The position numbers and the translations under genes are program-made. Shown piece after piece: positions 38,107 through 48,263 of a DNA stretch of 64,000 bases. Below the pieces are notes generated by a model that had not been told where the DNA came from, ran no database searches, and saw nothing but the letters and a program-made list of their open reading frames with translations. The DNA comes from Desulfosoma sp. (GTDB taxonomy: Bacteria; Desulfobacterota; Syntrophobacteria; Syntrophobacterales; DSM-9756). Numbering within the stretch: position 1 is the stretch's first letter; every line of letters begins with the position of its first letter. Location: assembly GCA_037481835.1 (NCBI GenBank), contig JBBFKW010000013.1:1-64000 (forward strand), given 5' to 3'.

Positions 38107-39813
38107 ATGGAAGCCGCTGAAAAGACTTATCCCCTGGAGCATGTTCCGGTCCCCGGGTTTACCGAGGCGGGGGTTCGGCTTCCTCAAACCCTCAGGGCCC
38201 TTGTCCGGGAACGGGATCTTCTGGCCTACAAGGAGGCGACGCCTCTTTTGTGGGTTTTTTTCATGGGCGGGACAGGCACCGGAAAATCCACGGTCTTCGA
38301 TGCGGTATGCGGGGTTGGTGTGAGCGCCGTGGGGGCCGAACGGCCCAAGACGTCCGGGGCCATAGGCTTCGTTCATGAAAAGGCCCCCTTGGAAAGGGCT
38401 TTCCCCTTTCCCGAATTGGGCTTTGAAAAACACGACGGCCGATCCGCCCTTCGGGAATCCCCCCTGATCGGGGAGCCCGGCGTCATCCACCTGTGGGTTC
38501 ACGACCGGGCGGAGCTGGCTTCCGTCGTCTTCATGGACACCCCGGATGTGGACAGTGTGGAAGCGTCAAACCGCACCCTGGTGGATACCCTGTGGCGGTT
38601 GGCGGATGTGGTGGTTTTCGTGACAAGCCAGGAAAAGTATGCCGACGATGTCCCGTCGCGATTTCTCAAAAAGATCGTGGAAGACGGCACCGACGTCCTG
38701 GTGGTGTGTAACAAGGTGGGGACGGATACCCGGGAAGAAGACGTGCGCGAGATCCTGGACCGGGAAACCCGGGTGCCTGCCGGATCCCTGTGGTTGTTTC
38801 CCTTCCTGCCGTCCAATCCCGTGGAGGTCCTGAAAACGGAGCCGGAATTCTTAAGATTTTCCGACGCCTTGAAAGCCAGGATCTCGGATCCGGACGCGGC
38901 CGAAAGGCGCACCCTGTGGATGGCTCGAAGAAAAAAAGCGCTCGCGGGAAACGTTCGCACGGCTCTGGATGTGCTGACCGCGGAACTGCTGGAAGCCCAT
39001 CGCTGGAAGGAAAAGCTGCGGCGTTACGCCGACGAGGCCGTGGCCCAAATCATGGCCGACCAAGAAGGGCACTTTTCGTCCGAAACGCGCTCTTATCTTC
39101 AGGCGGAAATTCGGGCCCTGTTTTCTCGCTACGACGTCTTGGCCGGGCCTCGGCGCTGGATGTCCCGCATCATCACCGCCCCCTTCCGTTTCCTCGGACT
39201 GACCTCGTCTCGACCGTATCCCGACCGGCGCCAGGTGCTGGAACGGATCAAGCACCGCATCCATTTGGGCGGAGTCCATGCGGCAGTGCAGCGCTATGGA
39301 AGGCGAGTCCTGGAAGAGACGCTGCCGGATCGCGTCGAAAGCCCCCTTTTCGGCGCCGTGACGCGCCCGGGGGTGCTCATGACCCCGGACGAAGTCGCCG
39401 AGCACGTGTACCGGGAACAGGAGCAGCTCATCCAATGGCTGGAAAAGGTCTTCATGGAACTCGCCCGGGACGTCCCCAAGGGCACCAAGTGGGGCATTTA
39501 TTCCACATCGGTCCTCTGGGGGATTTTGATTCTCAGCCTGGAAGTGGCCGTTGGAGGCGGGTTGAGCATGGTGGAGGCCGTCCTTGATGCGGCCGTCGCC
39601 CCCTTTGTGACCAAGGGGGCGGTGGAACTTTTCGCGTACGCGGAAATTCAGAAGATCGCCCGGCAGTTGGGGGAAAAGTACCGGGCGAGCTTGGTTTCGG
39701 TGGTCGACGTTCAGCGGCGGCGCTTTGAGGCGTGCCTGGATCCCCTTCTGCCGCCGTCGGAGGCGGTGGACAGCCTGCGCCGTTGGGCCGAATCGGCTTC
39801 CAACGGGCGCTGA
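38107..39813 (+). CDS. Dynamin-like/Era-like GTPase 1 with C-terminal helical stalk and hydrophobic hairpin
   Basis: G1 GGTGTGKST, G2 RPKT, G3 DTPD, SQEKYAD, G4 NKVG. Hydrophobic segment WGIYSTSVLWGILILSLEVAVGGG. Confidence 0.82.
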   Translation: MEAAEKTYPLEHVPVPGFTEAGVRLPQTLRALVRERDLLAYKEATPLLWVFFMGGTGTGKSTVFDAVCGVGVSAVGAERPKTSGAIGFVHEKAPLERAFPFPELGFEKHDGRSALRESPLIGEPGVIHLWVHDRAELASVVFMDTPDVDSVEASNRTLVDTLWRLADVVVFVTSQEKYADDVPSRFLKKIVEDGTDVLVVCNKVGTDTREEDVREILDRETRVPAGSLWLFPFLPSNPVEVLKTEPEFLRFSDALKARISDPDAAERRTLWMARRKKALAGNVRTALDVLTAELLEAHRWKEKLRRYADEAVAQIMADQEGHFSSETRSYLQAEIRALFSRYDVLAGPRRWMSRIITAPFRFLGLTSSRPYPDRRQVLERIKHRIHLGGVHAAVQRYGRRVLEETLPDRVESPLFGAVTRPGVLMTPDEVAEHVYREQEQLIQWLEKVFMELARDVPKGTKWGIYSTSVLWGILILSLEVAVGGGLSMVEAVLDAAVAPFVTKGAVELFAYAEIQKIARQLGEKYRASLVSVVDVQRRRFEACLDPLLPPSEAVDSLRRWAESASNGR

Positions 39814-39869
39814 CATGCTCGGCAAAGGCGGGTCGAGTGGCGAAACGACACCAATCGAAGGATGTCCTC

Positions 39870-41627
39870 ATGGGCTCATGGGAAACAAGCCCTATCGGCG
39901 TTGACGATCTCGGCCGCCGACTGCGCGATTTGAAAAGCATCCTGGACGGGGGCTCCTTCCTTCCCCTGCCGGACGAAGAGCGGCACGCGCTTCGGCGGCG
40001 GGCGGAAGACCTTGAAGACAAGCTGCGGCATCTGGAAGAGCGGACTTTGCTCATCGGGCTTGTGGGCGGGACGGGAGTGGGCAAGTCCACCTTGATGAAC
40101 GCCCTTTCGGAAGAAAGCATCGCTTCCGTCAGTCACAGGAGACCCCATACCGACCGGGTCCTGATCTACCGCCATGTTCAGTGCCCGCTGCCCCGATCCC
40201 TCGGACACGCACAAGGCTTCTTTACGGAAGTGACCCACCAGGCCGATGCGGTGCGGCATGTGATCATGGCCGATCTTCCCGATTTCGACAGCCTGGTTCG
40301 AGAGCATCGAGACCGCGTGATCGCTTTCATGGAACACTTGGATCTGGTCTTGTGGGTGAGTACGCCGGAAAAATACGCCGATGGGCGCTTCTACGAAATG
40401 CTTCGCGAGGCGCCCAAGGCCCGGGATAATTTTATCTTTGTCCTGAACAAGGCGGACATCTTCTTCTCGGATTCGGGAGCCTCCGGCGCCCTGGACGAGT
40501 TGAACGCCGTGGTTCGCTCCTTCGGGCGGCTCGTGCGCGAAGCCGGGATCCGCGATCCCGCCCTGTACGTCATCTCCGCCCGGGAAGCCTTGCAGGGCCT
40601 GGAGCCCTCGTCCTGGAATCAGTTTCCTTTCCTGCGGCGCTGGGTGTTCCGGGAACGGGACGCCAAGGAAATCCGGGCCATCAAAGGGGCGAACCTGGAT
40701 GTGGAATTCCACGCCCTGGCCGGCCGTCTTCATGAAGGGATGCTCCAGCTGGAGAGAGCCGCTCATTTTCTGGATGAGCTGGCGGCATCGGCCGAAGACG
40801 AACACCGTGTCGCAGACAGAAAGGCCCTCGTACGGGCCGTCCTCGACCGCATGCCGGCGCAGGGAGGGGTCGTGCACAGTTTGGAAAACCCCCAAGACCT
40901 CAGCGGAGCGGCGGCGGTGCTGTCTTGGCTGGAGCGGCTCGGAACGTCGTCTCCGGAGCCCTCACAGGCGGGTTCGGCCTTTGCCGCAGAAGTTTCGGCG
41001 GCGCTTGAGAAGCGCTTTCGCCAGCACCTGGAAGGGATTCGGGAACACGGGGCCGCCTTGGCGTTTCAGGCGGGACTGACCGATCCGTTGAGGAGCGAGC
41101 TTCTCGAGCGGATCCATCGATCGCTGGAAAACCTCTCGGTTGCGGAAAGCGCTGCGGATGCGGTCACGGCCGTGCTGGAGCAGGCTCGAAGGGTCGGGGA
41201 AACGTCCTGGCGATGGCGGCAGCGTCTTTGGAGCTTTGTGGTCACGGCCTCGCTGCTCCTCGCTCTCGGCGGGCAGGACGGTTGGCGGGCCGTCTTGGAC
41301 CGGCCGGGGCCGGCGACCCTGGTGGGATTGTGTGCCGCCATGGTGGAAAAACTCTTCAGCGGTCAGGGTCTTGCGGCCCTCGCGACGTGGGCGTTCCTGC
41401 AGCTGGTGCTGGGGGCCCGATTCTACCGGGATTACAAGAAATCCTTGCAGCGGCGCGGAGAAGCGATTATAGACTCGCTGCAGTCGGCGCTGGAGGCCGT
41501 TGTGCGCCGTGCGGTGGAAGAACACCTGGAAGTCGTCCGCCGGTGCCGAGAAGAGATGGAAGGGCGCAAAAATCTGATGGAGCAGATCGTCCGGGCGGCG
41601 CCTTCCGCGGACCGACCCGTTTCATGA
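39870..41627 (+). CDS. Dynamin-like (YfjP-like) GTPase 2 with C-terminal hydrophobic helices
   Basis: G1 GGTGVGKST, G2 RPHT, G3 DLPDFDS, PEKYAD, G4 NKAD. Hydrophobic segments LWSFVVTASLLLAL and GLAALATWAFLQLVLG. ATG 39870 after AAGGA. Confidence 0.82.
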   Translation: MGSWETSPIGVDDLGRRLRDLKSILDGGSFLPLPDEERHALRRRAEDLEDKLRHLEERTLLIGLVGGTGVGKSTLMNALSEESIASVSHRRPHTDRVLIYRHVQCPLPRSLGHAQGFFTEVTHQADAVRHVIMADLPDFDSLVREHRDRVIAFMEHLDLVLWVSTPEKYADGRFYEMLREAPKARDNFIFVLNKADIFFSDSGASGALDELNAVVRSFGRLVREAGIRDPALYVISAREALQGLEPSSWNQFPFLRRWVFRERDAKEIRAIKGANLDVEFHALAGRLHEGMLQLERAAHFLDELAASAEDEHRVADRKALVRAVLDRMPAQGGVVHSLENPQDLSGAAAVLSWLERLGTSSPEPSQAGSAFAAEVSAALEKRFRQHLEGIREHGAALAFQAGLTDPLRSELLERIHRSLENLSVAESAADAVTAVLEQARRVGETSWRWRQRLWSFVVTASLLLALGGQDGWRAVLDRPGPATLVGLCAAMVEKLFSGQGLAALATWAFLQLVLGARFYRDYKKSLQRRGEAIIDSLQSALEAVVRRAVEEHLEVVRRCREEMEGRKNLMEQIVRAAPSADRPVS

Positions 41628-41640
41628 GAGGCGTGACGTC

Positions 41641-41850
41641 GTGCCTTTGAAAATTCTCATCCTGGCCACCCTTTTCGTGCTCCCCTTGGTTCCCACCTTT
41701 TGGGCCATCCAGGAAATCCCCAGACGCCAGTTCCGCACTCGACGGCGCAAGATGATCTGGTTCGCCGTCGTGGCCACCGTGCCCTTTTTCGGCGCGGTGC
41801 TCTACTGGATCGTGGAAAGGCGCCATACGACCCCAGCCATTCCCGCGTGA
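41641..41850 (+). CDS. Small two-TM protein, PLDc_N (phospholipase D N-terminal)-like
   Basis: 69 aa: TM-WAIQEI...RKMIWFAVVATVPFFGAVLYWIV matches the K.xW...i...P.lG.i.Y PLDc_N pattern. Confidence 0.8.
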   Translation: MPLKILILATLFVLPLVPTFWAIQEIPRRQFRTRRRKMIWFAVVATVPFFGAVLYWIVERRHTTPAIPA

Positions 41851-41867
41851 AGGAGGATATCCCGCTC

Positions 41868-43760
41868 ATGCTGACCGTTTTTCGAGAACATGCCGGCAGT
41901 TGGATCATCAAGGTCGCCCTTTTTGCCATCATCGTGGTTTTCATCTTCTGGGGCGGGTATTCGTACAGGTCCATGAGGGCCAGCCGTCTGGCTCGGGTCG
42001 GGGACGTCTACGTGACCTACGCCGACTACAACCAGGCGTATGATCATCTGCTGAATATGTACCGGCGCCAGTTCGGAAACCATCTCAACCAGGAACTCCT
42101 GGAGCGGTTCAACATCAAGCAGCAGGCCTTGGATCTCGTCATCGACCGCGTGCTCATCACCCAGGCGGCCCGCGCCTTGGGGCTCAACGCGGGCGTGGAG
42201 GACGTCCAAGACGAGATCCTTTCCTTCCCGGCGTTCCACGTGGACGGGCGGTTCGACCGGCAGAGGTACGTGGCCGTTTTGCAGCAAAACCGCATGACCC
42301 CCCAGGCTTTCGAACAGCAGCTGGCCCAGGACTTGACGATGCGCCGCGTGGAATCCTTCGTCAAAGGCCAGGCCGTGGTCGGCGACGCGGAAGTGGCTTC
42401 GGATGTCCAGTACCGGTTCGGCCGGGTGCAGGTGGCCTACGCCCAGATCGATCCCAAAAACTTCCAAGATAAAGTGGCCATCGACGATGCCCAGGTGTCG
42501 GCCTTTTTCGAAAAGAACGCCGATCGCTACAAGGAACCGGAAAAGAGGGTGGTGGTCTACGTACCTTTTGTCCTGGACGATTTCCTGGGGGACGTTTCGG
42601 CAAGCGATGACGAAATCCGAACCTACTACGAAGACCATCCCGATCAGTTCCATCGCGAAAAACAGGTCAAGGCCCGCCACATCCTGTTTCGGCTCGGGGC
42701 GCAAGCCACCGAAGAGGAAGTGAAAAAGGCGGAAGCCACCGCACGGTCGGTCCTGGAAAAAGCGCGCAAGGGCGAAGACTTCGCCGCGCTGGCCAAGGCC
42801 CATTCCCAAGACGGCTCGGCCCAGGCCGGCGGCGATTTGGGCTGGTTTACCAAGGATCAGATGGTGCCGGCTTTCGCCGATGCGGCTTTTGCCATGAAAG
42901 CCGGCGAGGTGAGCGATCTCGTGCGCACGCCGTTCGGGTGGCACATCATCAAAGTGGAAGATGTGCGCCCCGAAGAGACGGTCCCGCTCGAGAAGGCCAA
43001 AGCGCAGATCGAATTGAACCTCAAACGGGAAAAAGCCCGGGATGTGGCCTATCGCAAAGCGCGGGAATTCGCCGATGTGGCTTATGCCGACGGGGATGTG
43101 GCCAAAGCGGCCGAAAGGATGCACCGGGCGGTGGAGGCGCCGGAGAAGGGGTTGGGCGTCACGGACATCCTTCCCAAGGTCGGGAACGCCCCGGAGGTGA
43201 TGAAGGCCTTGTTTGCGCTGGGCGAAGGGGAAGTGTCCGACGTCCTGGAATGGGCCAACGGCTTTATGGTCGGGCAGGTCAAGAAGATTCAGGCGCCTCA
43301 GGTGCCTCCCTTGGAAAAGGTGAAAAGCCGCGTCCAGGAAGACCTGAAGGCGGAGCGGGCGAGGGAGGAGGCGGAAAAGGCGGCCAAGGCCCTTCTGGAA
43401 GAGGCGCGACGGCAGGGCGACTTGGACAAGGCGGCTGCTTCGGCCGGCGTGAGCGTCCAGACCAGCGGGTGGTTTTCGCGCATGGAGCCTGATGAAAAAC
43501 TGAGACTGTGGGGCGATGCGGCCGAAGCCGTCTTCCAGCTCCAAAAGCCCGGCGACATGCCCCAAGCCCCCCTCTCCTGGCAAGGGGCGTTCATTGTCTG
43601 CCGGCTCGTCGGCCGCCAGGACCCGGCGCCGGAGGTTTTGGAAAAAGAGCGGGAAAACACCCGAGCGCGCCTCACCCAGATGAAACAGAATCAGCTCTGG
43701 CAGGCCTGGATCGCCAAACAGCGCAGCCTGGCCAAAGTGGAAATCCTCCACCAACTGTAG
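41868..43760 (+). CDS. ppiD: PpiD-like membrane-anchored periplasmic chaperone/parvulin PPIase
   Basis: N-terminal TM, SurA-N-like region (FDRQRY), parvulin motifs VKARHIL, FAALAKAHSQD, GGDLGWF, VRTPFGWHIIKV. RBS AAGGAGG. Confidence 0.9.
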   Translation: MLTVFREHAGSWIIKVALFAIIVVFIFWGGYSYRSMRASRLARVGDVYVTYADYNQAYDHLLNMYRRQFGNHLNQELLERFNIKQQALDLVIDRVLITQAARALGLNAGVEDVQDEILSFPAFHVDGRFDRQRYVAVLQQNRMTPQAFEQQLAQDLTMRRVESFVKGQAVVGDAEVASDVQYRFGRVQVAYAQIDPKNFQDKVAIDDAQVSAFFEKNADRYKEPEKRVVVYVPFVLDDFLGDVSASDDEIRTYYEDHPDQFHREKQVKARHILFRLGAQATEEEVKKAEATARSVLEKARKGEDFAALAKAHSQDGSAQAGGDLGWFTKDQMVPAFADAAFAMKAGEVSDLVRTPFGWHIIKVEDVRPEETVPLEKAKAQIELNLKREKARDVAYRKAREFADVAYADGDVAKAAERMHRAVEAPEKGLGVTDILPKVGNAPEVMKALFALGEGEVSDVLEWANGFMVGQVKKIQAPQVPPLEKVKSRVQEDLKAERAREEAEKAAKALLEEARRQGDLDKAAASAGVSVQTSGWFSRMEPDEKLRLWGDAAEAVFQLQKPGDMPQAPLSWQGAFIVCRLVGRQDPAPEVLEKERENTRARLTQMKQNQLWQAWIAKQRSLAKVEILHQL

Positions 43761-43785
43761 GGCCGAAAATCCTGAAAACGGCACA

Positions 43786-43817
43786 GCCTCGGGACCGGAC
43801 TCGGAGGGCCCCGAGGC
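43786..43817. terminator. Possible terminator hairpin between convergent genes
   Basis: GCCTCGGG/CCCGAGGC stem after the ppiD stop; no clear U-tract. Confidence 0.4.
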
Positions 43818-43874
43818 GGCCCATCCTTCTGTGCCCCCGCGCCATGCCCCCGGCTCTTACCTACAACCCTGCGA

Positions 43875-44582
43875 TCAAGCCGTTTTACCTTCCGCCAGGC
43901 GCATGAGGAGCTTTTCCAGGAGTTCTTGAGCCCTTGGGGCAAACATCGGCGTGAGGTGCCGAATCGTCCTTTCATCCTGGATGTACGGCCCTTCGGTGAT
44001 CTCCGTCCCGCAATGGCGGAGGAGGGCCTCCACGGTTTCTTCCGTGGATTCCAGATGGAACTGCAGGCCGATGGCTCGGTCTTCATAGACAAACGCCTGG
44101 CTGGGACACCCGGCGCTTCGGGCCATATGGACGGCCCCTTCGGGGATGTGGAAGGTGTCCCCGTGCCAGTGAAATGCATGAAACGATGAAGGGAAATCCT
44201 TAAACAGCGGCGACACGGCGGCCTCCGGCGTCATTTCCACCGGGTGCCAGCCGATTTCCTTGAACATGCCTCGGAACACCGTGGATCCCAGAGCATCGGC
44301 CAGGAGTTGCGCTCCCAGACAGATGCCGAGAATCGTCTTGCCGGAGATCACGGCGGAATTGATGAAGCGCCGTTCCTCGGCAAGCCATGGGTAGAGATCA
44401 TCTTCGTAGATGTTCATGGGACCGCCCATGACGATGAGCCAGTCGAAGGCGTGCGGTGCGGGCAAAGGCTCGCCGGCGTGAAGACGGGTGGTGCGGATTT
44501 CAAACCCTTGAGCGGCGCCCCATTGGGCGATATGGCCCGGCCCTTCAAAGGGAACGTGTTCCAAGACGTGAAGTCTCGGCAT
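43875..44582 (-). CDS. Class I glutamine amidotransferase (GuaA-like, stand-alone)
   Basis: HVPFEGPG, VMGGPM, nucleophile LGICLGAQL, HWHGDTF, GLQFHLE. Confidence 0.92.
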   Translation of the reverse strand: MPRLHVLEHVPFEGPGHIAQWGAAQGFEIRTTRLHAGEPLPAPHAFDWLIVMGGPMNIYEDDLYPWLAEERRFINSAVISGKTILGICLGAQLLADALGSTVFRGMFKEIGWHPVEMTPEAAVSPLFKDFPSSFHAFHWHGDTFHIPEGAVHMARSAGCPSQAFVYEDRAIGLQFHLESTEETVEALLRHCGTEITEGPYIQDERTIRHLTPMFAPRAQELLEKLLMRLAEGKTA

Positions 44583-44609
44583 GGCGGGATTCCTTGTCTG
44601 AGAGTCGGC

Positions 44610-44717
44610 TCAAAAGGTGAACACCTTGTCCGCCTCCATGGAAAGTTCGTATTGAAATTGCATGGCGTTGTACATCGTTTCCGCATCGTCCGTGGAAATG
44701 ATGAACATGAGTTTCAC
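44610..44717 (-). pseudogene. Internally deleted DsrE-family gene remnant (35 codons)
   Basis: GTG start after GAGGGGGG. Encodes MKLMFIISTDDAETMYNAM-QFQYELSMEADKVFTF: a DsrE-type N-terminus joined directly to a DsrE-type C-terminus (..ADKVxTF). Confidence 0.6.
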
Positions 44718-44744
44718 GGTGCTTTCCCCCCTCGTTCGTAGTTC

Positions 44745-44776
44745 GTAGGTTGGGGTGAGCGAAGCGAACCCCAACA
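44745..44776 (+). repeat. GTAG-family REP
   Basis: GTAGGTTGGGGTGAGCGAAGCGAACCCCAACA, one mismatch to 20928-20959. Confidence 0.85.
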
Positions 44777-44829
44777 CATGGGCCCACCCCATGAACCCCC
44801 ACCCATGGGCTGCGGGGGCTTCCCTCCAC

Positions 44830-45993
44830 TTACCCCACTTCCCGGAGGGCGTCGTCCAGGTCCGCGATGAGGTCTTCGGGGTCTTCGATGCCCACCGAGA
44901 GGCGGATCAGGCTGTCGCGGATACCCATCTTTTCCCTTTCCCCAGGGGGCACGGAGGCGTGGGAAGTTTCCACGGGAAAGCAGGCCAGGGATTCCACCCC
45001 ACCGAGGCTCACCGCCGGCTTGAACAGTTTCAGGCGCCCCATCACCTTGCGCGCGGTTTGGGCGTTCCCTCGAGGCTCGAAGGAGAGCATGCCGCCGAAG
45101 CCGCGCATCTGGCGGGCGGCCGCCTCATGGCCCGGATGGTCCGCAAGGCCGGGATAGAAAACCCGCTCCACGCGCGGATCCTTCGCCAGAAAGGCCGCCA
45201 CGGCCATGGCGTTTTCGTTGTGCCGTGCGACCCGAAGCGCCAGGGTCTTGAGTCCCCGTTCCAGCAGGAAACAATCGTAGGGGCTGAGGCTGGGCCCATA
45301 GAGGGAAACCATGGAGCCGACGGCCGCAATGAGGTCGGGTCGGGCGACCACGGCGCCGCAACACAGATCGCTGTGGCCGTTGAGGTACTTGGTGCCGCTG
45401 TGGACGACGATGTCGATCCCCAGGTCCAAGGGATTTTGGTTGATGGGCGTGGCGAAGGTGTTGTCGACCACCGTGAGCACCCCTCGAGCGCGGGCTTCCC
45501 GGGCGAGAGCCTCCAAATCCAAGATCTTCAAGAGGGGGTTGGACGGAGTTTCCACGTGGATGAGGCGCGTTTCGGGCCTGAGGGCGGCGACGAAATCTTC
45601 GGGGTTTTCCGAATCCACCCAGGAAACCTCAATACCACGTCGCGGCAGTTCCCGTTGAGCCAGCCCCAGCGTGCCGCCGTAAAGGTCGCGCTGCAGAACC
45701 ACGTGGTCCCCGGCTTTGCAAAAGGCGAGAAAAACGCTGGCGATGGCGGCCATGCCGGAAGCGACCACGATGCCCGCTTCGGCGTTTTCCAGAGCGGCGA
45801 TTTTTTCGGCCACGGCCTTCTGTCCTGGAATGTTCTGATACCGGGGATAGACCACGGTACCCAGGGGGCCGGGAACCCGAAACGCCGATGAAGCGAAAAT
45901 CGGCGTATTGACGCCGCCCGCCAGGGTGTCTTCAAAAGTTCCTGCATGCACGCACCGCGTGGAAAAACCCGCACCGGACCACAAATCGCCCAT
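44830..45993 (-). CDS. Trans-sulfuration PLP enzyme (cystathionine gamma-lyase/synthase or methionine gamma-lyase family)
   Basis: ASGMAAI, YGGT, ETPSNPLL, VDNTFATP, PLP lysine VHSGTKYLNGHSD, VSLGGVESL, IRLSVGIED. RBS AAGGAGA. Confidence 0.92.
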   Translation of the reverse strand: MGDLWSGAGFSTRCVHAGTFEDTLAGGVNTPIFASSAFRVPGPLGTVVYPRYQNIPGQKAVAEKIAALENAEAGIVVASGMAAIASVFLAFCKAGDHVVLQRDLYGGTLGLAQRELPRRGIEVSWVDSENPEDFVAALRPETRLIHVETPSNPLLKILDLEALAREARARGVLTVVDNTFATPINQNPLDLGIDIVVHSGTKYLNGHSDLCCGAVVARPDLIAAVGSMVSLYGPSLSPYDCFLLERGLKTLALRVARHNENAMAVAAFLAKDPRVERVFYPGLADHPGHEAAARQMRGFGGMLSFEPRGNAQTARKVMGRLKLFKPAVSLGGVESLACFPVETSHASVPPGEREKMGIRDSLIRLSVGIEDPEDLIADLDDALREVG

Positions 45994-46037
45994 CAAAGTC
46001 TCCTTTTCCTTCGCCGGGTATCCGCCCTGATTCATGT

Positions 46038-48026
46038 TCATTGGCTGTTTGCGGACAAAAGGGCGAGAGCCGCAGTGACCACGTTTTCCACGGTAAAGCC
46101 GAATTTTTTCATGACGAGCGATCCGGGCGCCGAGGCGCCGAACCGGTCGATGGCGATGACGGAGCCCCGGGAACCCGTCCACTGGTGCCAGCCCATGGAC
46201 GATCCCGCCTCAACGGCCAACCGGGCCGTCACATCCGGTGGCAGCACCGCGTCCCGGTAGGCGGCGTCCTGGCGTTGAAAGAGTTCCCAGGACGGCATGG
46301 ACACCACCCGCGTGGGGATCCCCTTTTGGCTTTCCAGGACCTTTTGAGCTTCCAGGGCCAAATGGGTTTCGGAGCCCGTGGCCATCAAGATCAATTGGGG
46401 CGGGCCGGAACTGTCGCTAAGGACGTAGGCTCCTTTGGACACCCCGACAAAGAGTTTTTCGCGATCCATGTCGAGCACGGGCACGTTTTGCCGCGTCAGG
46501 GCCAGGGCCACGGGGCCGTCGGCTTCCAGGGCGGTTTTCCAGGCCGCGGCCGTTTCGTTGGCGTCCGCAGGGCGCAAAACGGTGAGATTGGGAATGGCGC
46601 GCAGGCTTGCCAGGTGTTCGACGGGCTGATGGGTCGGCCCGTCTTCCCCCACGCCGATGCTGTCGTGGGTGAAAACATAGATCACCTTGGTTTTCATGAG
46701 CGCGGCCAGCCGGATGGCCGGGCGCATGTAGTCCGCGAAGACGAGAAACGTCCCGCCGTAGGGCCTCACCCCACCGTGCAGGGCCATGCCGTTCAAGACG
46801 GCGCCCATGGCGTGTTCCCGCACGCCGAAGTGCAGGTTGCGGCTGCCTCCCTGAGCGAGAAACGTCTTGTTGGACGGGGCGAGATCGGCGGATCCCCCCA
46901 TGAGGTTCGTGATGACGTCGGCCAGGGCGTTGAGCACCTTGCCGGAGGCGTTGCGCGTGGCGACGGATCCCGCCGCGGGATCGAAAGCGGGAAGATGCCG
47001 TTCCCACCCGTGGGGGAGCGCTCCGGCCAAGAAGGATTTCAAAAGGGCCGCATCTTCGGGGTAGGCTTCGGTGTAGGCTTCCAGCCGGGCGTTCCACTCT
47101 TCCTGGCGGCGGCGGCCTTCCTCCACAGCCCGTCCCATGGCCTCGCGGACTCCCTCGGGCACATGAAAGGCCTCGTCCACGGGCCAGCCGTAGCATTCCT
47201 TCGTCTTTCGAGCGGCTTCGGGACCCAGGGGTTCCCCGTGGCAGGCGGCGTTGTTTTCCTTGGGACTGCCGTAGCCGATGACGGTCCTGACGGCGATGAG
47301 CGACGGCCGATCCCGCACCGCCTTGGCCGCCTCGATGGCTCCATGGATCGCTTCCAGATCGTTTCCATCGGCGACCCGCTGCGTGTGCCACCCGTAGGCT
47401 TGGAAGCGGGCCAGGACGTCTTCGGTGAAGGCCAGGGCCGTGTCCCCTTCGATGGTGATGTGGTTGTCGTCGTAGAGGTAGATGAGTTTGCCCAGTTTCC
47501 AGTGGCCGGCTAGAGAGGCGGCTTCGGAGGCCACCCCTTCCATGAGGTCGCCGTCGGACACCAGGGCGTACGTGTGGTGGTCGATGATGGGATAGCCGGG
47601 TCGGTTGAAACGTTCGGCAAGCCATTTTTCGGCCAGAGCCATCCCCACGCCCATGGCGAAGCCTTGGCCCAGGGGACCCGTGGTGCATTCCACGCCGGGG
47701 GTGAGGCCGTATTCGGGATGACCGGGGGTTTTGCTTTCCCACTGGCGGAAGTTTTGGAGTTCTTCCAGGCTGAGGTCGTAGCCCGTGAGGTGGAGGAGGG
47801 CGTAGAGCAGGGCGGAGCCGTGCCCGGCTGAGAGGATGAACCGATCACGGTTGACCCACGACGGATCCGAGGGATTATGGCGAAGATGCCGGCTCCACAG
47901 CACATAGGCCATGGGGGCGGCGCCCAGGGGCAGCCCCGGATGGCCCGACTTGGCCCGTTCCACCATATCCACCGCCAAAAGCCGAAGGGTTGTGACACAT
48001 TGTTCATCCACCGTCTCTGTGTGCAT
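46038..48026 (-). CDS. tkt: Transketolase
   Basis: [61 protein letters not shown]. Confidence 0.97.
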   Translation of the reverse strand: MHTETVDEQCVTTLRLLAVDMVERAKSGHPGLPLGAAPMAYVLWSRHLRHNPSDPSWVNRDRFILSAGHGSALLYALLHLTGYDLSLEELQNFRQWESKTPGHPEYGLTPGVECTTGPLGQGFAMGVGMALAEKWLAERFNRPGYPIIDHHTYALVSDGDLMEGVASEAASLAGHWKLGKLIYLYDDNHITIEGDTALAFTEDVLARFQAYGWHTQRVADGNDLEAIHGAIEAAKAVRDRPSLIAVRTVIGYGSPKENNAACHGEPLGPEAARKTKECYGWPVDEAFHVPEGVREAMGRAVEEGRRRQEEWNARLEAYTEAYPEDAALLKSFLAGALPHGWERHLPAFDPAAGSVATRNASGKVLNALADVITNLMGGSADLAPSNKTFLAQGGSRNLHFGVREHAMGAVLNGMALHGGVRPYGGTFLVFADYMRPAIRLAALMKTKVIYVFTHDSIGVGEDGPTHQPVEHLASLRAIPNLTVLRPADANETAAAWKTALEADGPVALALTRQNVPVLDMDREKLFVGVSKGAYVLSDSSGPPQLILMATGSETHLALEAQKVLESQKGIPTRVVSMPSWELFQRQDAAYRDAVLPPDVTARLAVEAGSSMGWHQWTGSRGSVIAIDRFGASAPGSLVMKKFGFTVENVVTAALALLSANSQ

Positions 48027-48204
48027 GCTCCGCTCCTCCTCGAGGCCGTGCCTGGCGTCTCATCGTTTCCACCCCAAAACTTAAATTCCCCGCACTGGTG
48101 CCTCACCTCAACCGCAATGTCAAGTCGCCTGTGGAGATTGCACTCTTCCCTCCAAGCGCCCGAGGGCTCCGCGCTTTCCTCGAGTCGATCTCCCTCACTT
48201 CCTG

Positions 48205-48263
48205 TTGACAATAAACCGACCGCCATGGTAAGAAAGCATGCCAATTCACATACGAATATGTGA
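48205..48263 (+). promoter_or_regulatory. sigma70-like promoter followed by a palindromic candidate operator
   Basis: TTGACA (48205) with a weak -10 (TAAGAA, 18-bp spacer), then perfect inverted repeat TCACATA-CGAA-TATGTGA (48246-48263). Confidence 0.5.
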
